From the NCBI RefSeq assembly GCF_001194135.2, contig NC_068982.1, positions 130,678,808 to 130,724,396 on the forward strand: a stretch of 45,589 bases of DNA, read 5' to 3'. This document shows positions 34,901 through 45,589 of this stretch, piece by piece (position 1 is the stretch's first letter; each line of letters opens with the position of its first letter). The notes beneath the pieces are model-generated. The model searched no databases. It had not been told where the DNA came from and saw only the letters and a program-made list of their open reading frames with translations. Origin of the DNA: Octopus bimaculoides (taxonomy: Eukaryota). The position numbers and the translations under genes are program-made.

Positions 34901-37869
34901 NNNNNNNNNNNNNNNNNNNNNNNNNNNNNNNNNNNNNNNNNNNNNNNNNNNNNNNNNNNNNNNNNNNNNNNNNNNNNNNNNNNNNNNNNNNNNNNNNNNN
35001 NNNNNNNNNNNNNNNNNNNNNNNNNNNNNNNNNNNNNNNNNNNNNNNNNNNNNNNNNNNNNNNNNNNNNNNNNNNNNNNNNNNNNNNNNNNNNNNNNNNN
35101 NNNNNNNNNNNNNNNNNNNNNNNNNNNNNNNNNNNNNNNNNNNNNNNNNNNNNNNNNNNNNNNNNNNNNNNNNNNNNTATATATATGAGGGTGGTTGTGG
35201 TGTGTGTATGTGTGTGATAATCTAAGGAACTCTGAAATATTTATGATATCAGAAACTTGTTTAAAGCAGATTTTTGATTTCAGAATTGAAATCAGGAGGT
35301 GAGACATAATCTTTATAAATAGATTCTTTGGCTGAAGAACCACTCACAGAATCCCCTCACCGTCTTATCAAATGGACCATAGGGCATTCTCAGATTCCAT
35401 ACAACTGAATAAATTTGAAGGTTATGTAAATATATTTGCGACATAGAAACGTGACAGGAACGAAAGTCCAAAATCTAAAATTTCATAAGCAACAATTTAG
35501 TCTCGGGAAAGGTCGATGTGCCATTTGAAGATAGGAAATGACATTCAACGTATGAAAAGAAAAAACACGTTCAATACCAGTGTAACTTTATTTGTTTGTT
35601 CTTTTGGGGGTTGTTTTTTTTTTCTAAATAAACTAACTTCTATAACTTTTTATTTAGATCAAACAGCTTCCATTACTGCTTAAACAAAGATTTGTTCTTG
35701 ATAACATTTTCACTTTGCTCTGAAAGAAAAATTCATATCTTCAACATGATAACACCCAAACTTCTATCAAATTACTTAGCATTTTTTTCTTTACCTGATA
35801 ATATACACTCAACCACTGCTGCTGTTGCTGCTGCTGATTGTTATCGTTATTATCATTCTTGTTGTTTTTATTCTCAACATTTGTTGCCATATTTTCCATT
35901 TGTGTTTATATAGTTTTGAGGCGACATGTTAAAGGGCTGAGCTATTTGTCGCTATTTTTAAAGCAGTATGTGCGCGCGTGTGCGTATGTGTGTGTGTGTG
36001 TACGTGCGCGCGCGCCAGTGTGTTGATATTCGTTAGTATTTATACTCTGATATTATGGGCGTTTAGTCAAACAGCATGCTAAATACACTTTCTACTTGAA
36101 AGGTAAATCCTAAATTTATGTCCCCTTCGCTCTGATTTTCATCCTCTGTATTCCATTTCTTTTTCTCTTTGAAAATAATATGACTCACAATACAACATTG
36201 GGTGGGGTACCCTATATACTCTAGTTTATTGAAATCAGATGTCGTGAAACATACACCGTCACTGATCCTTGAAAGACAAAAAAAGGGACGAAATATCTAA
36301 GCAATTATTTGACTAGAAAGGCCACTAGTTAGTTACCAACTAACATCATTTTGGTGTTGAATTTAATATTTCAACAGTTACTTTCCATTTCAGAGTAAAG
36401 AGAAATTATAAATGTAGTCCCCTGAAATATTACGCTGTGGGAACTAAGGCGTGTATACAACATTTTAGCTAGATCTCAATAGTTTTACTATTTCCAAAAT
36501 ATCTCGTTATTTAATTGTTAGAACCTTATAACCCCACATGTTCCGTGTTTATAGAATTACTTTTGTTTTCATTTGTCTTTTATTATTTTTTAATCGTTAA
36601 TATTACGTTCTTTTTCTTTGTTCTTACATAGACAGAAATACTTTTTCCCCACCTTAATGTGAGTTGTATTTTTATGCAAGAAAGTATTCGGACAAAGCAT
36701 TTATTTCTTCAAGTCTAATGTCGAAACAGAAAACAGATGCTCAATTGCTTGCAGATGGGAATATTCAATGATCCACTGTATAGATAGATGGCTAGTGACT
36801 ATGTTGGAGGAGCAGACGAGTTGTACTAAAATGTGAAGGGGTTACCTGCTATCTTGGACGGCATTTTGTTCTAAAAAAAATTTTGATAAACTAGTTACTT
36901 TCAAATTTCAAATTTTGCTTGAAATTGTTAATGAAATATTAGCGATTCAACACATTCATTCCGGGGTAGATCGAACAGTCACGCCTAATTTTTAATAATA
37001 TCCATACAAATATTGCGTACTATTTAAGTTTGAACAATCCCCGTTGCAAATGCTCCAGCATTCGCTATCTTGGTAGTAGGTGTGTAGAAAGAAGCTTAGT
37101 ATTTCATGCACGATACAGCATAACTACGACTTTTTAGACGCAAAGTCATCCAATGCCAGCTCTCTCGATCTTCAATGATCTGTCATTTATCACATTTATA
37201 GCACAATTAAATATGCTTCCTAAAAGAGCAGGTTACCTTGTTCACTTACCGACTGTCGACAGCATTAATGTCAATGATCCTGGTTGCATCTGGACAGTTC
37301 TGTTGTTACAAACGCAAACATGGTAGACTGAGATTGAAAGACAACCATTCTCCTGTTTAGCAAAAGTTTACTCTCACCAATGCATTTGAGTCATGGGCTT
37401 ACTGTCGCACTATTTATGTTTTACCTCTTCCAGACTTACTCATCTAATTCATCATCATCTTAACTATCTGCTGTTGTGATGTTTGCTTTTCCAAATGATT
37501 TGAGTGTTGTATAACAAGTGAATTGTTTTTCAACCGAAAACCAAATCTGAGATAGTCATTCGATTCAATTATAGCTTACAACTACACTCGACTCACTAGA
37601 AGTTGCCGACGAACGATACTCACACGCCTCAACAATATCAAAAGCAAGGGTCTTCTTGGCGTAGGCACAAGGCCAATACCTATTTTAGTGGCCCAGGAAG
37701 GAAAGAGAAGTCCCTTTTTGACAGTTGAACTCAGAAAGAAACGAAGCAAAATAATTCGTAGTATTTTCCTGTCCGTCTATTAATTGTTTTACCGGCTTAA
37801 CAAGAACAACATCATCATCAGCAACAAAAATAGTGACAATGACTGCGTGATACTGCTGAATACATACAT

Positions 37870-38232
37870 ACATACATATTCTTTTACTTGTGTCCGTCAT
37901 TTGACTGCAGCCATGCTGGAGTACCGCCTTTAGTCAAACAAATCACCCCCAAGACTTATTCTTTGTAAGCCTAGCACTTATTCTATCGGTCTTTGGCCGA
38001 ACCGCTAAGTTACGGGGACGTAAACAAACCAACATCGGTTGTCAAGTGATTGTGACGGGACAAACACAAACACACAAATACACACACACATATATACGAC
38101 AGGCTTCTTTCAGTTTCGGTCCACCAGAACCACTCACAAGGCTTTGGTCTATAGTAGAAGACACTTGCCCAAGTGGAACAGAATCCGGAACCATGTGGTT
38201 GGGAGGCAAGTTTCTTACCACACAACCACTCC
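37870..38232 (-). mobile_element. tRNA-derived SINE (family A), near full length
   Basis: Minus-strand head GCGCAGGAGTGGTTGTGTGGTAAGAAAC...CCAACCACATGG matches 3861-4025; internal (TG)n; body ...TAACTTAGCGGTTCGGC...CCAGCATGGCTGCAGTCAAATGAC. Confidence 0.85.
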
Positions 38233-38244
38233 TGCGCTTATACA

Positions 38245-38298
<54 letters not shown>

Positions 38299-39210
38299 NN
38301 NNNNNNNNNNNNNNNNNNNNNNNNNNNNNNNNNNNNNNNNNNNNNNNNNNNNNNNNNNNNNNNNNNNNNNNNNNNNNNNNNNNNNNNNNNNNNNNNNNNN
38401 NNNNNNNNNNNNNNNNNNNNNNNNNNNNNNNNNNNNNNNNNNNNNNNNNNNNNNNNNNNNNNNNNNNNNNNNNNNNNNNNNNNNNNNNNNNNNNNNNNNN
38501 NNNNNNNNNNNNNNNNNNNNNNNNNNNNNNNNNNNNNNNNNNNNNNNNNNNNNNNNNNNNNNNNNNNNNNNNNNNNNNNNNNNNNNNNNNNNNNNNNNNN
38601 NNNNNNNNNNNNNNNNNNNNNNNNNNNNNNNNNNNNNNNNNNNNNNNNNNNNNNNNNNNNNNNNNNNNNNNNNNNNNNNNNNNNNNNNNNNNNNNNNNNN
38701 NNNNNNNNNNNNNNNNNNNNNNNNNNNNNNNNNNNNNNNNNNNNNNNNNNNNNNNNNNNNNNNNNNNNNNNNNNNNNNNNNNNNNNNNNNNNNNNNNNNN
38801 NNNNNNNNNNNNNNNNNNNNNNNNNNNNNNNNNNNNNNNNNNNNNNNNNNNNNNNNNNNNNNNNNNNNNNNNNNNNNNNNNNNNNNNNNNNNNNNNNNNN
38901 NNNNNNNNNNNNNNNNNNNNNNNNNNNNNNNNNNNNNNNNNNNNNNNNNNNNNNNNNNNNNNNNNNNNNNNNNNNNNNNNNNNNNNNNNNNNNNNNNNNN
39001 NNNNNNNNNNNNNNNNNNNNNNNNNNNNNNNNNNNNNNNNNNNNNNNNNNNNNNNNNNNNNNNNNNNNNNNNNNNNNNNNNNNNNNNNNNNNNNNNNNNN
39101 NNNNNNNTTTAGTATATTCAAAATATACTAAATATACTAAAATAAATCAAAGAATTTTTTTTAATGCTTAACACACCTCAACATTGTAAAAATTTTATTT
39201 TAAAATCTGA

Positions 39211-39230
39211 TCTGATATATTATAAAATTC

Positions 39231-39282
<52 letters not shown>

Positions 39283-40579
39283 AGTGCGTGTTTCCTCTAT
39301 GCCCGGCCAAACTTCTGGGTCAATCTGTTCCAAATTTGGCATGAAGGTTTTTCAATACTCGGGGTTTTAGAGGAGTCAAATTTTGGCCCTTGCTCATATA
39401 GGGCGCTGTAGCCTCCCTATATGATAAGGAAACGCATGCTGCAGCACACCAAATTTAGTGTCAAGACAGAAGCGAGATGGGACTTTCTCAACATCAGCAA
39501 AGCATGCTGCAGCACAGTAGATGAAGTCTCAATAGAGAAAGGAGATGAGACTTTCCCAAGATCAGGAAATGCATACTGCACCACGTCAAATAGAGTCTCA
39601 AGACAGAATCGAAATGATACTTTCTCAAGATTAGCAACGGCATGCTGCAACACGTCAGATGGAGTCTCAATACAGAAGGGAGATGAGACTTTTCCAAGAT
39701 CAGTAAATGCTTGCTGCAGCATGTCAAATGGAGTTTCAAGACAAGCGAGATGACACTTTCTCAAGATCAGCAAACGCATGTTGTAGCACGTCAGATAGAG
39801 TCTCAATACAGAAGAGAGACGAGATTTTCCCAAGATCAGCAAATGCATGTCAAATGGAGTTTCAAGACAAGTGAGATGACACTTTCTCTAGATCAGCAAA
39901 TACATGTTGTAGCACGTCAGATAGAGTCTCAATACACAAGGGATATGAGACTTTCCCCAAATTTCCAAATGAAACTAATGGCATACGCTGCTCAGGCCGT
40001 AAGGTAAGATTGCCAGCACTATCAGCTCCTCCTCAACCTCTTATAGATCTTCTGGAAGGTACTTCCATGCAGTCAAAGGATTTTCTGAACAATATCTGTA
40101 TTTCAAATGACATCCTTTGGTGCATCTAAAGAGATAGTTGAACATGGATTTACACTAACCTTCAAAGTTCAAGGGCAAGTGTATCACCCTATTGCTTCCC
40201 TGTTACCTACAAATAAACAACTACATTTCTTCCAAATTTACTTCGTGAATGATGTAGGATAACAAAACCGAAGGAGGTGTCAAAACTTCTGGTGATCGGT
40301 CATGTTAGACGCAGCGCTGACTACCGCAAAGGAGTGTATACTGACAGCTTTTCGGTGCGTTCAAAAATCACAACCGCCCCACTCAATTTCCATGGCAGGT
40401 TTGGGTTTGGAATACTCAAGAGGCATGACATGTCGCTTAGTAGAATTAGCTCATCATTTACTCCACAAATGTTTTTTCGTCAATGCAGCGCTTTCCCGTG
40501 TCACCTGTTTCAACATAACTGTAATGTATATACAAACTATGCCATTTTAATCCCCAGCAACGCCGGGTATCTCTGCTAG
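39211..40579 (+). mobile_element. Non-autonomous Helitron (deletion derivative) with RepHel remnants
   Basis: 3' end CTAG (40576-40579) followed by T, with subterminal hairpin CCC(A)GC-AAC-GCCGGG; putative 5' A|TC at 39210/39211 (alternative 39206), then (TG)n. Coding remnants FPNETNGIRCSGRKVRLP, FQMTSFGASKEIVEHGFTLTFKVQGQVYH..SLLP...FQIYF, and the Pif1-type helicase C-terminal KSQ...SMAGLGLE...ALSRV. Confidence 0.85.
39427..39960 (+). repeat. About 8 copies of a 69-bp (23-codon) minisatellite inside the Helitron
   Basis: Example unit CAGCAAACGCATGTTGTAGCACGTCAGATAGAGTCTCAATACAGAAGAGAGACGAGATTTTCCCAAGAT (QQTHVVARQIESQYRRETRFSQD); alternating A/B variants; one unit is shortened. Confidence 0.9.
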
Positions 40580-42140
40580 TACACTAATAAAAACCGTGTA
40601 GGGCAGACCCAGACCATGTTGTAACTTTATTCAATTGATATATTATTCTATTCACATTTACACAAATTTGGAATATATATATATATATATCATCAGCAGT
40701 ACTAATGGCTGAAACAGTAGCAAGTTCCTTATCATCGCTCAGCAACATAAGCTTTAAGCATAATTGTGGTAGCAATAGCAGTAACAGCAGTAGCATCAGG
40801 AACGGTAGTGGTAGTATCAGCCGCACTCTTCGGCAATCGATGGTCATAATTGGTATCGTAAATACCATGCGGTAATTATTTTTATGTTCTCACTTTAACT
40901 TCCACCGGGGTTCATTTTGCAATTCATATCCACCCGGTGCGGTGGATATGGATAAAATATGTAGCAATCAAAATTCTGCAGTCAATGAAATAGACTTTTT
41001 CCTTTCACCAAATGTATACTATCCTTCTGCCTAAGATTTTTTTTCAATCATTAGCTGCGGCAGTAGTTGTCACAACAACAGTAATCCCCTTTCTCATCAT
41101 CGTCATCATCGTCATCATCGTCATCATCTTTAGCATCATAATGAATAGTAGTAATTGTGGTGGTGCCAACAAGAGCGGTGGTGTAGTCAGCAGTTTTCAA
41201 TTGCAAATTGGAAAGATTGGTTACAGTCGTGATGCATCTTCTTTCGTTTTATTCAACTTACAGCTTCAGAAATACTAAAAACAAAAGAAAGCAAAAATAT
41301 GAAAGCAAAAAAAAAAAAAAACCATTCCAGACATTGCCTTCTGGGAACAAAGTGTAAAATCAAATTTTTTATTTTTTTTTATTTTAACAATGTCAATTAG
41401 TATACGCACACATCTAAAAATGTTTTGTTTGTGTCAGCAAATTGCTAACGAATACCTTTGTTTTATTCATCTAGCTAGCCGGCAGATAATGTTGTGTAAC
41501 TCCATACTCTGAAAGAATGTTAATTTGTTTATTGCTTTATGGTTTTTATTGTTCCAAAGATCATGTGGGATTTTGACATGTATACATCTTCAGATGTTGT
41601 TTAAGCCGCCCAGTCATGACGAGTTTTTGAGTCCTTGGTTTTTATCTTTTTTTTGTGTGTGTAACGATGTATTTCATTGCGTCACTTGTGTCTCTCACTC
41701 TCACACAGACACAAACGCACATTTATGTATGTATGTATGTATGTATGTATGTATGTGTGTGTGTTTCTATATATATATATTTCACACACACATATACGTA
41801 TATACATAAATATCTAAATACATGTATGTATATATATATGAGGTTGAGTGTATGTGTACTGCGGTTTTTGTCGTTGCTATGGTTTAAATTTTGGCACTTG
41901 TTTATTTTCCCTTATTCTTGTAAGACGGTATATTTAGTTAGTTAGATGTATATAACTTTCACAAGCAAACTGTCATGTATATGCATTTGATTTGTGTATA
42001 ATTATGCACGAGAGAATTTCAGCATCAACAGAAATGATTACAAAGAGACAACTAGTTAGATAAGAACATACGCAAAACATAGAGATGCACACTCATACAT
42101 GCGCATGCCAGCACAGAGACACACACGTACAAGCGTATCT

Positions 42141-42192
<52 letters not shown>

Positions 42193-43226
42193 TGAGTGTG
42201 TGTGCGTGTGCGCGCTTGTATGTATGTATGTGTGTGTGTGTGTACGTGCGTGTATGTGTGTAAGCACGATTTAGTTTAAAGACAAAAGTATACTGATAAT
42301 TAGATATTAATTATTTCCGTTCATTAAATCACGATTCAATTATTGGCGAATAAAAAGAGAATATTTTCGTCTAAATGGTATAACATTAAAGATAAATTGA
42401 TTAATATTATCCACTTAATCACAATATTAATAAAACCACAAGAATGCGCGTTGAGAAAATATTTTCATTTCAAATATTCTATATTACACTTTATCTATGT
42501 AATACAGACTGTTAAGTTCCATTATATTCTATGATTTGTTGTAATGCGTAAATGAAAAAGTTTATCATAAGAAACTTTATTGAGAGTTAGCTAATGAAAA
42601 TGAGCTGAAACGAACTTGTTGAGCCAAAACAGCAGACGTTATGAGCAACGTAACTGGTGCTCACTGTAATATCAATATCCTCAATAAAATTGGTAGTTAT
42701 CCTAGACCGTCCAGGGTAGCTGAAAAAATTTGCTGAAAGTGGGTCATAAATTTGTCGCTTGGCGACGGAAAGTCAGGAAAACGATCTCCATTGATATTTT
42801 GAACGACAGATATGCATATATATTTTTCTATCGTCTTAGCTCAACAGCCCCCACCGTTTGTTTTTACTGTCTTGTTCTCACTTCCCTGTTCATGTTAACA
42901 CTTTCACCCTCCGCAAAAAATCCCAAATTTTATTTAATTTGCTTTGCGGGAAGGACTGTTTCAATGAATTCGCGTATTGTCCTTGCCTTCTAAACGCGGA
43001 GTAGATAAAACAGGGTCAACTGACGAAGGGGTATACTCTTTAAGTTGCATGTCTCGTTTCTCTGATTTTTTTCATAGTTCGAAAAAAGTTCGTTTTCTAT
43101 GTTTTGGTTTCTCATTGTGTTTAACGTTTTTTTGATGTCCTGTACACATATATGCATGTATGTATACATATAGATGTAGGTATGTACATATATGTATGGA
43201 TATATGCATATATTTGTATATTATTT

Positions 43227-43272
<46 letters not shown>

Positions 43273-43769
43273 CATACATACATACATACATACATACATA
43301 CATACATACATACATACATAATCATAAAGTGACTATTCACAAAATATATGTTGTCTTTTATGAAATATGTTTCATTCCTTTGGTTTTAATTGCAATTCTT
43401 TTTGAAAACAATTATCTTTGTAAGCCCGTCTTTAACACACAGACGTGGTGGTCAACTTATGATATTCAATGTATTTAACTTCAAGCCGTACAAGATGAAA
43501 CATGCTGTTGAAGTAATGAAGTATCTCTTGCAATAGAGGTAGGCACATCAAATGTACAAGTTAAAGATTAGTGCATTAAAAGATTGGTTTAGATCGAACT
43601 TGATCAGTCTAGATTTCTGTAGTATGAAGAAGAAAAGCATGTGGTAGTGGCTTATAGAAAGAAACTTTGTGAATGAAGGAGTTACATTAATGCGATATAA
43701 CCTAGTGTAACCAGCATATAAAGCAACATAAAATGGCAAATTTTTGATATAATACATGAAAAAATTAGT

Positions 43770-43910
43770 TCAAATTCTCTGGATTTGATTTTGCTTTATA
43801 TCCTTTCGGGGCGATAGAATAAGTACCAGTTGAACGTTGGGATCATTATAATCAACTAAGCTATTCCCACGAAATTTCAAGCCTTGTGCCTACAGTAGAA
43901 AAAATTATAC
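43770..43910 (+). mobile_element. SINE family C, 5'-truncated
   Basis: AGTTCAAATTC...ATCCTTTCGGGG.GATAGAATAAGTACCAGTTGA...CCTTGTGCCTACAGTAGAAA. Confidence 0.75.
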
Positions 43911-44831
43911 ATAAAAAGATAATTGCCTCAGTAATACAGCTCTTTAATATAATATATGTGCGTTTGTAGATAGGCATGCGTGTGTGTATGAGTTCATGCT
44001 CACCAGCGTCTGAATACGAAATTTCATTACTAACATTTATAGAAATAACAATTTTATGATATATTCACACGTCTTTATTAACCTTTTGTCTTTTTTGCAA
44101 CCAACGAATGAAATGAATTCTAATTATTTTGGAACTGATTCCAAAGCCGAAGTAAATTAGCGTGGGGGTAACTTCAGTTGGTAGACATTATCAAAGCGAA
44201 GGAATGTTTATCCTTTTGGTTAACGAGACAGGTTCTAGTCTTGCCTTATCAGTTGAGTCAATTATTCCCAGCTAGCAGCGGCAAATAATGTATTATACAC
44301 ACACACATACACGCATGTATATATGCATGTAGATATAGATACTCACTTGTTTTTAATTAATTTTCCTGAGAAGAAAATATCTAAAATTATTTACAAGTAA
44401 TATATGCTGCATCTAAATCCTGCATCATTTTCTAATTTGTAGTTTCAATGTTTTTAATTTTTGAACTTGATTTTGAACATATATATGGGCGTTTGTGGGG
44501 AAGAGGAGCCACACGTGCTTGTGTCTGCGTGTGTCTGGGAGATATGTACGAGTATGTGTTTCTTCATTAGTTTATTAGAATACTATTTCTATTGGCACAC
44601 TCACTTCTTCTCCTGTTATTAATACGCACATATATATAAATACATATATACGTACATATATACATTCTAAAATATCAGTAAACATATACCCATGCAGTTT
44701 TTTTCATTTCCTGCAGACAGCATGTGCTAATGCATACTTATATATATATATATATATATGCGTGTGTGTGTATACATATATATACATATATACATATATA
44801 TGCATATATACACACGCACGCACACACACAT

Positions 44832-44922
<91 letters not shown>

Positions 44923-45514
44923 ACGAAAATAACACTTAGTTTGGATTGTTTTACATCTGAATGTCAAGTGAAATTTCTTCTCGATAGATTACAGGTGTAA
45001 CATGTATTTTCTTGAAATACTGCAAAATTTCATTTCTGAAAATATCCGTCTGCCTTGGGTCAACTTGTAACATATTCTAATAATGTTAGATCCTCATCAG
45101 TTTTATGTTTAAGCAAACAACAGCTTGTTATAACTAAAGTATTCTAATAAAAAATATAACGAATCAGTTTCATCATGATTACGACGTAGATGTAAAAAGA
45201 TAAGAAGGCGAAGGTGGATAATTTTGAGAAGATACAGTAAAAAAAAAAAGAGAGAAAAGAAAAGTAATAGAGATCCATATGGAGAGAATAGTTTATCAGG
45301 TAAACCATATAGAGAAATCAAATTTACACACACACACACACACATTAATATATATATATATATATTAATATAAATAAGGATAAGATCGATATTTAAAATA
45401 TTGATCTTATCAAGTGGCCAGTATGGGAATAAAAACCATCAAAGGTAATAATTATTTAAAATTATAATACAGGCTATCCAAGAGATACCGCCACGCTGAA
45501 AAATAGCAGTCAAA

Positions 45515-45589
45515 TTCTGACTCTAAAACCACAATAAATGTCCCGCTCCTTGTACTATGTGGACATTTATTGTGGTTTTAGAGTCAGAA
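45515..45589. repeat. Perfect inverted repeat of at least 29 bp with a 17-nt spacer, cut by the window end
   Basis: TTCTGACTCTAAAACCACAATAAATGTCC (45515-45543) / GGACATTTATTGTGGTTTTAGAGTCAGAA (45561-45589). Confidence 0.95.

Larger units (their letters stand above)
1294..39107. other. Seven assembly gaps (N runs)
   Basis: 1294-1383, 2502-2661, 12942-13065, 15023-15124, 27194-27699, 34901-35177, 38299-39107; each touches a simple repeat on at least one side. Confidence 0.98.
331..45365. repeat. Numerous dispersed (AT)n, (AC)n/(TG)n, (CT)n and (ACAT)n microsatellites
   Basis: Examples: 1247-1293, 2436-2501, 4509-4553, 5903-5985, 15840-15970, 20480-20570, 27130-27193, 32185-32545, 42141-42260, 43235-43320, 44740-44920. 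These generate most HT/CV/YI/SL-repeat ORFs in the track. Confidence 0.97.

Noticed and set aside
37250-37660. Possible pogo/Tigger transposase C-terminal relic, or minus-strand exons with GTAAGT donors at 37249 and 37439
   Set aside because: Only a faint W..V..TI and acidic-run resemblance with several stops; neither reading could be supported.
3861-38232. Box A/B motifs that could be read as tRNA genes
   Set aside because: None folds as a cloverleaf, and all continue into shared SINE bodies.
39427-39960. Regularly spaced repeats suggestive of a CRISPR array
   Set aside because: Units are contiguous and similar along their whole length with no unique spacers, the context is eukaryotic, and they sit in a Helitron.
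43020-43045. CUGACGA followed by a weak hairpin
   Set aside because: No GAAA or cleavage site follows.
1212-45345. Most ORFs in the supplied track, including the long ones at 38039-39171 and 27150-27863
   Set aside because: They are translations of microsatellites or N gaps (HT, CV, YI, SL and X runs), not genes.

Overview
AT-rich, microsatellite-dense eukaryotic DNA with seven N gaps, most abutting simple repeats, as in a short-read animal assembly. The SINE, LINE and mariner mix looks like an octopus or other coleoid cephalopod genome; this is pattern recognition, not a database hit. I could not identify any intact protein-coding gene, and most ORFs in the track are microsatellite or N artefacts. 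The window is intronic or intergenic and contains: about a dozen tRNA-derived SINE copies from three families, a full-length decayed mariner and an internally deleted one, fragments of RTE, CR1/L2, L1/Tx1 and probably R4/Dong LINEs, a 1.37-kb Helitron deletion derivative with a 69-bp coding tandem array, and several Penelope-like terminal-repeat fragments. The most interesting signal is a set of type I hammerhead ribozyme motifs. Three have complete or compensated catalytic cores (911-984 minus, 12891-12936 minus, 33845-33886 plus) and three are relics, two of them bracketed by inverted repeats. A speculative chain of phase-compatible micro-exons on the minus strand is also noted, with caveats.
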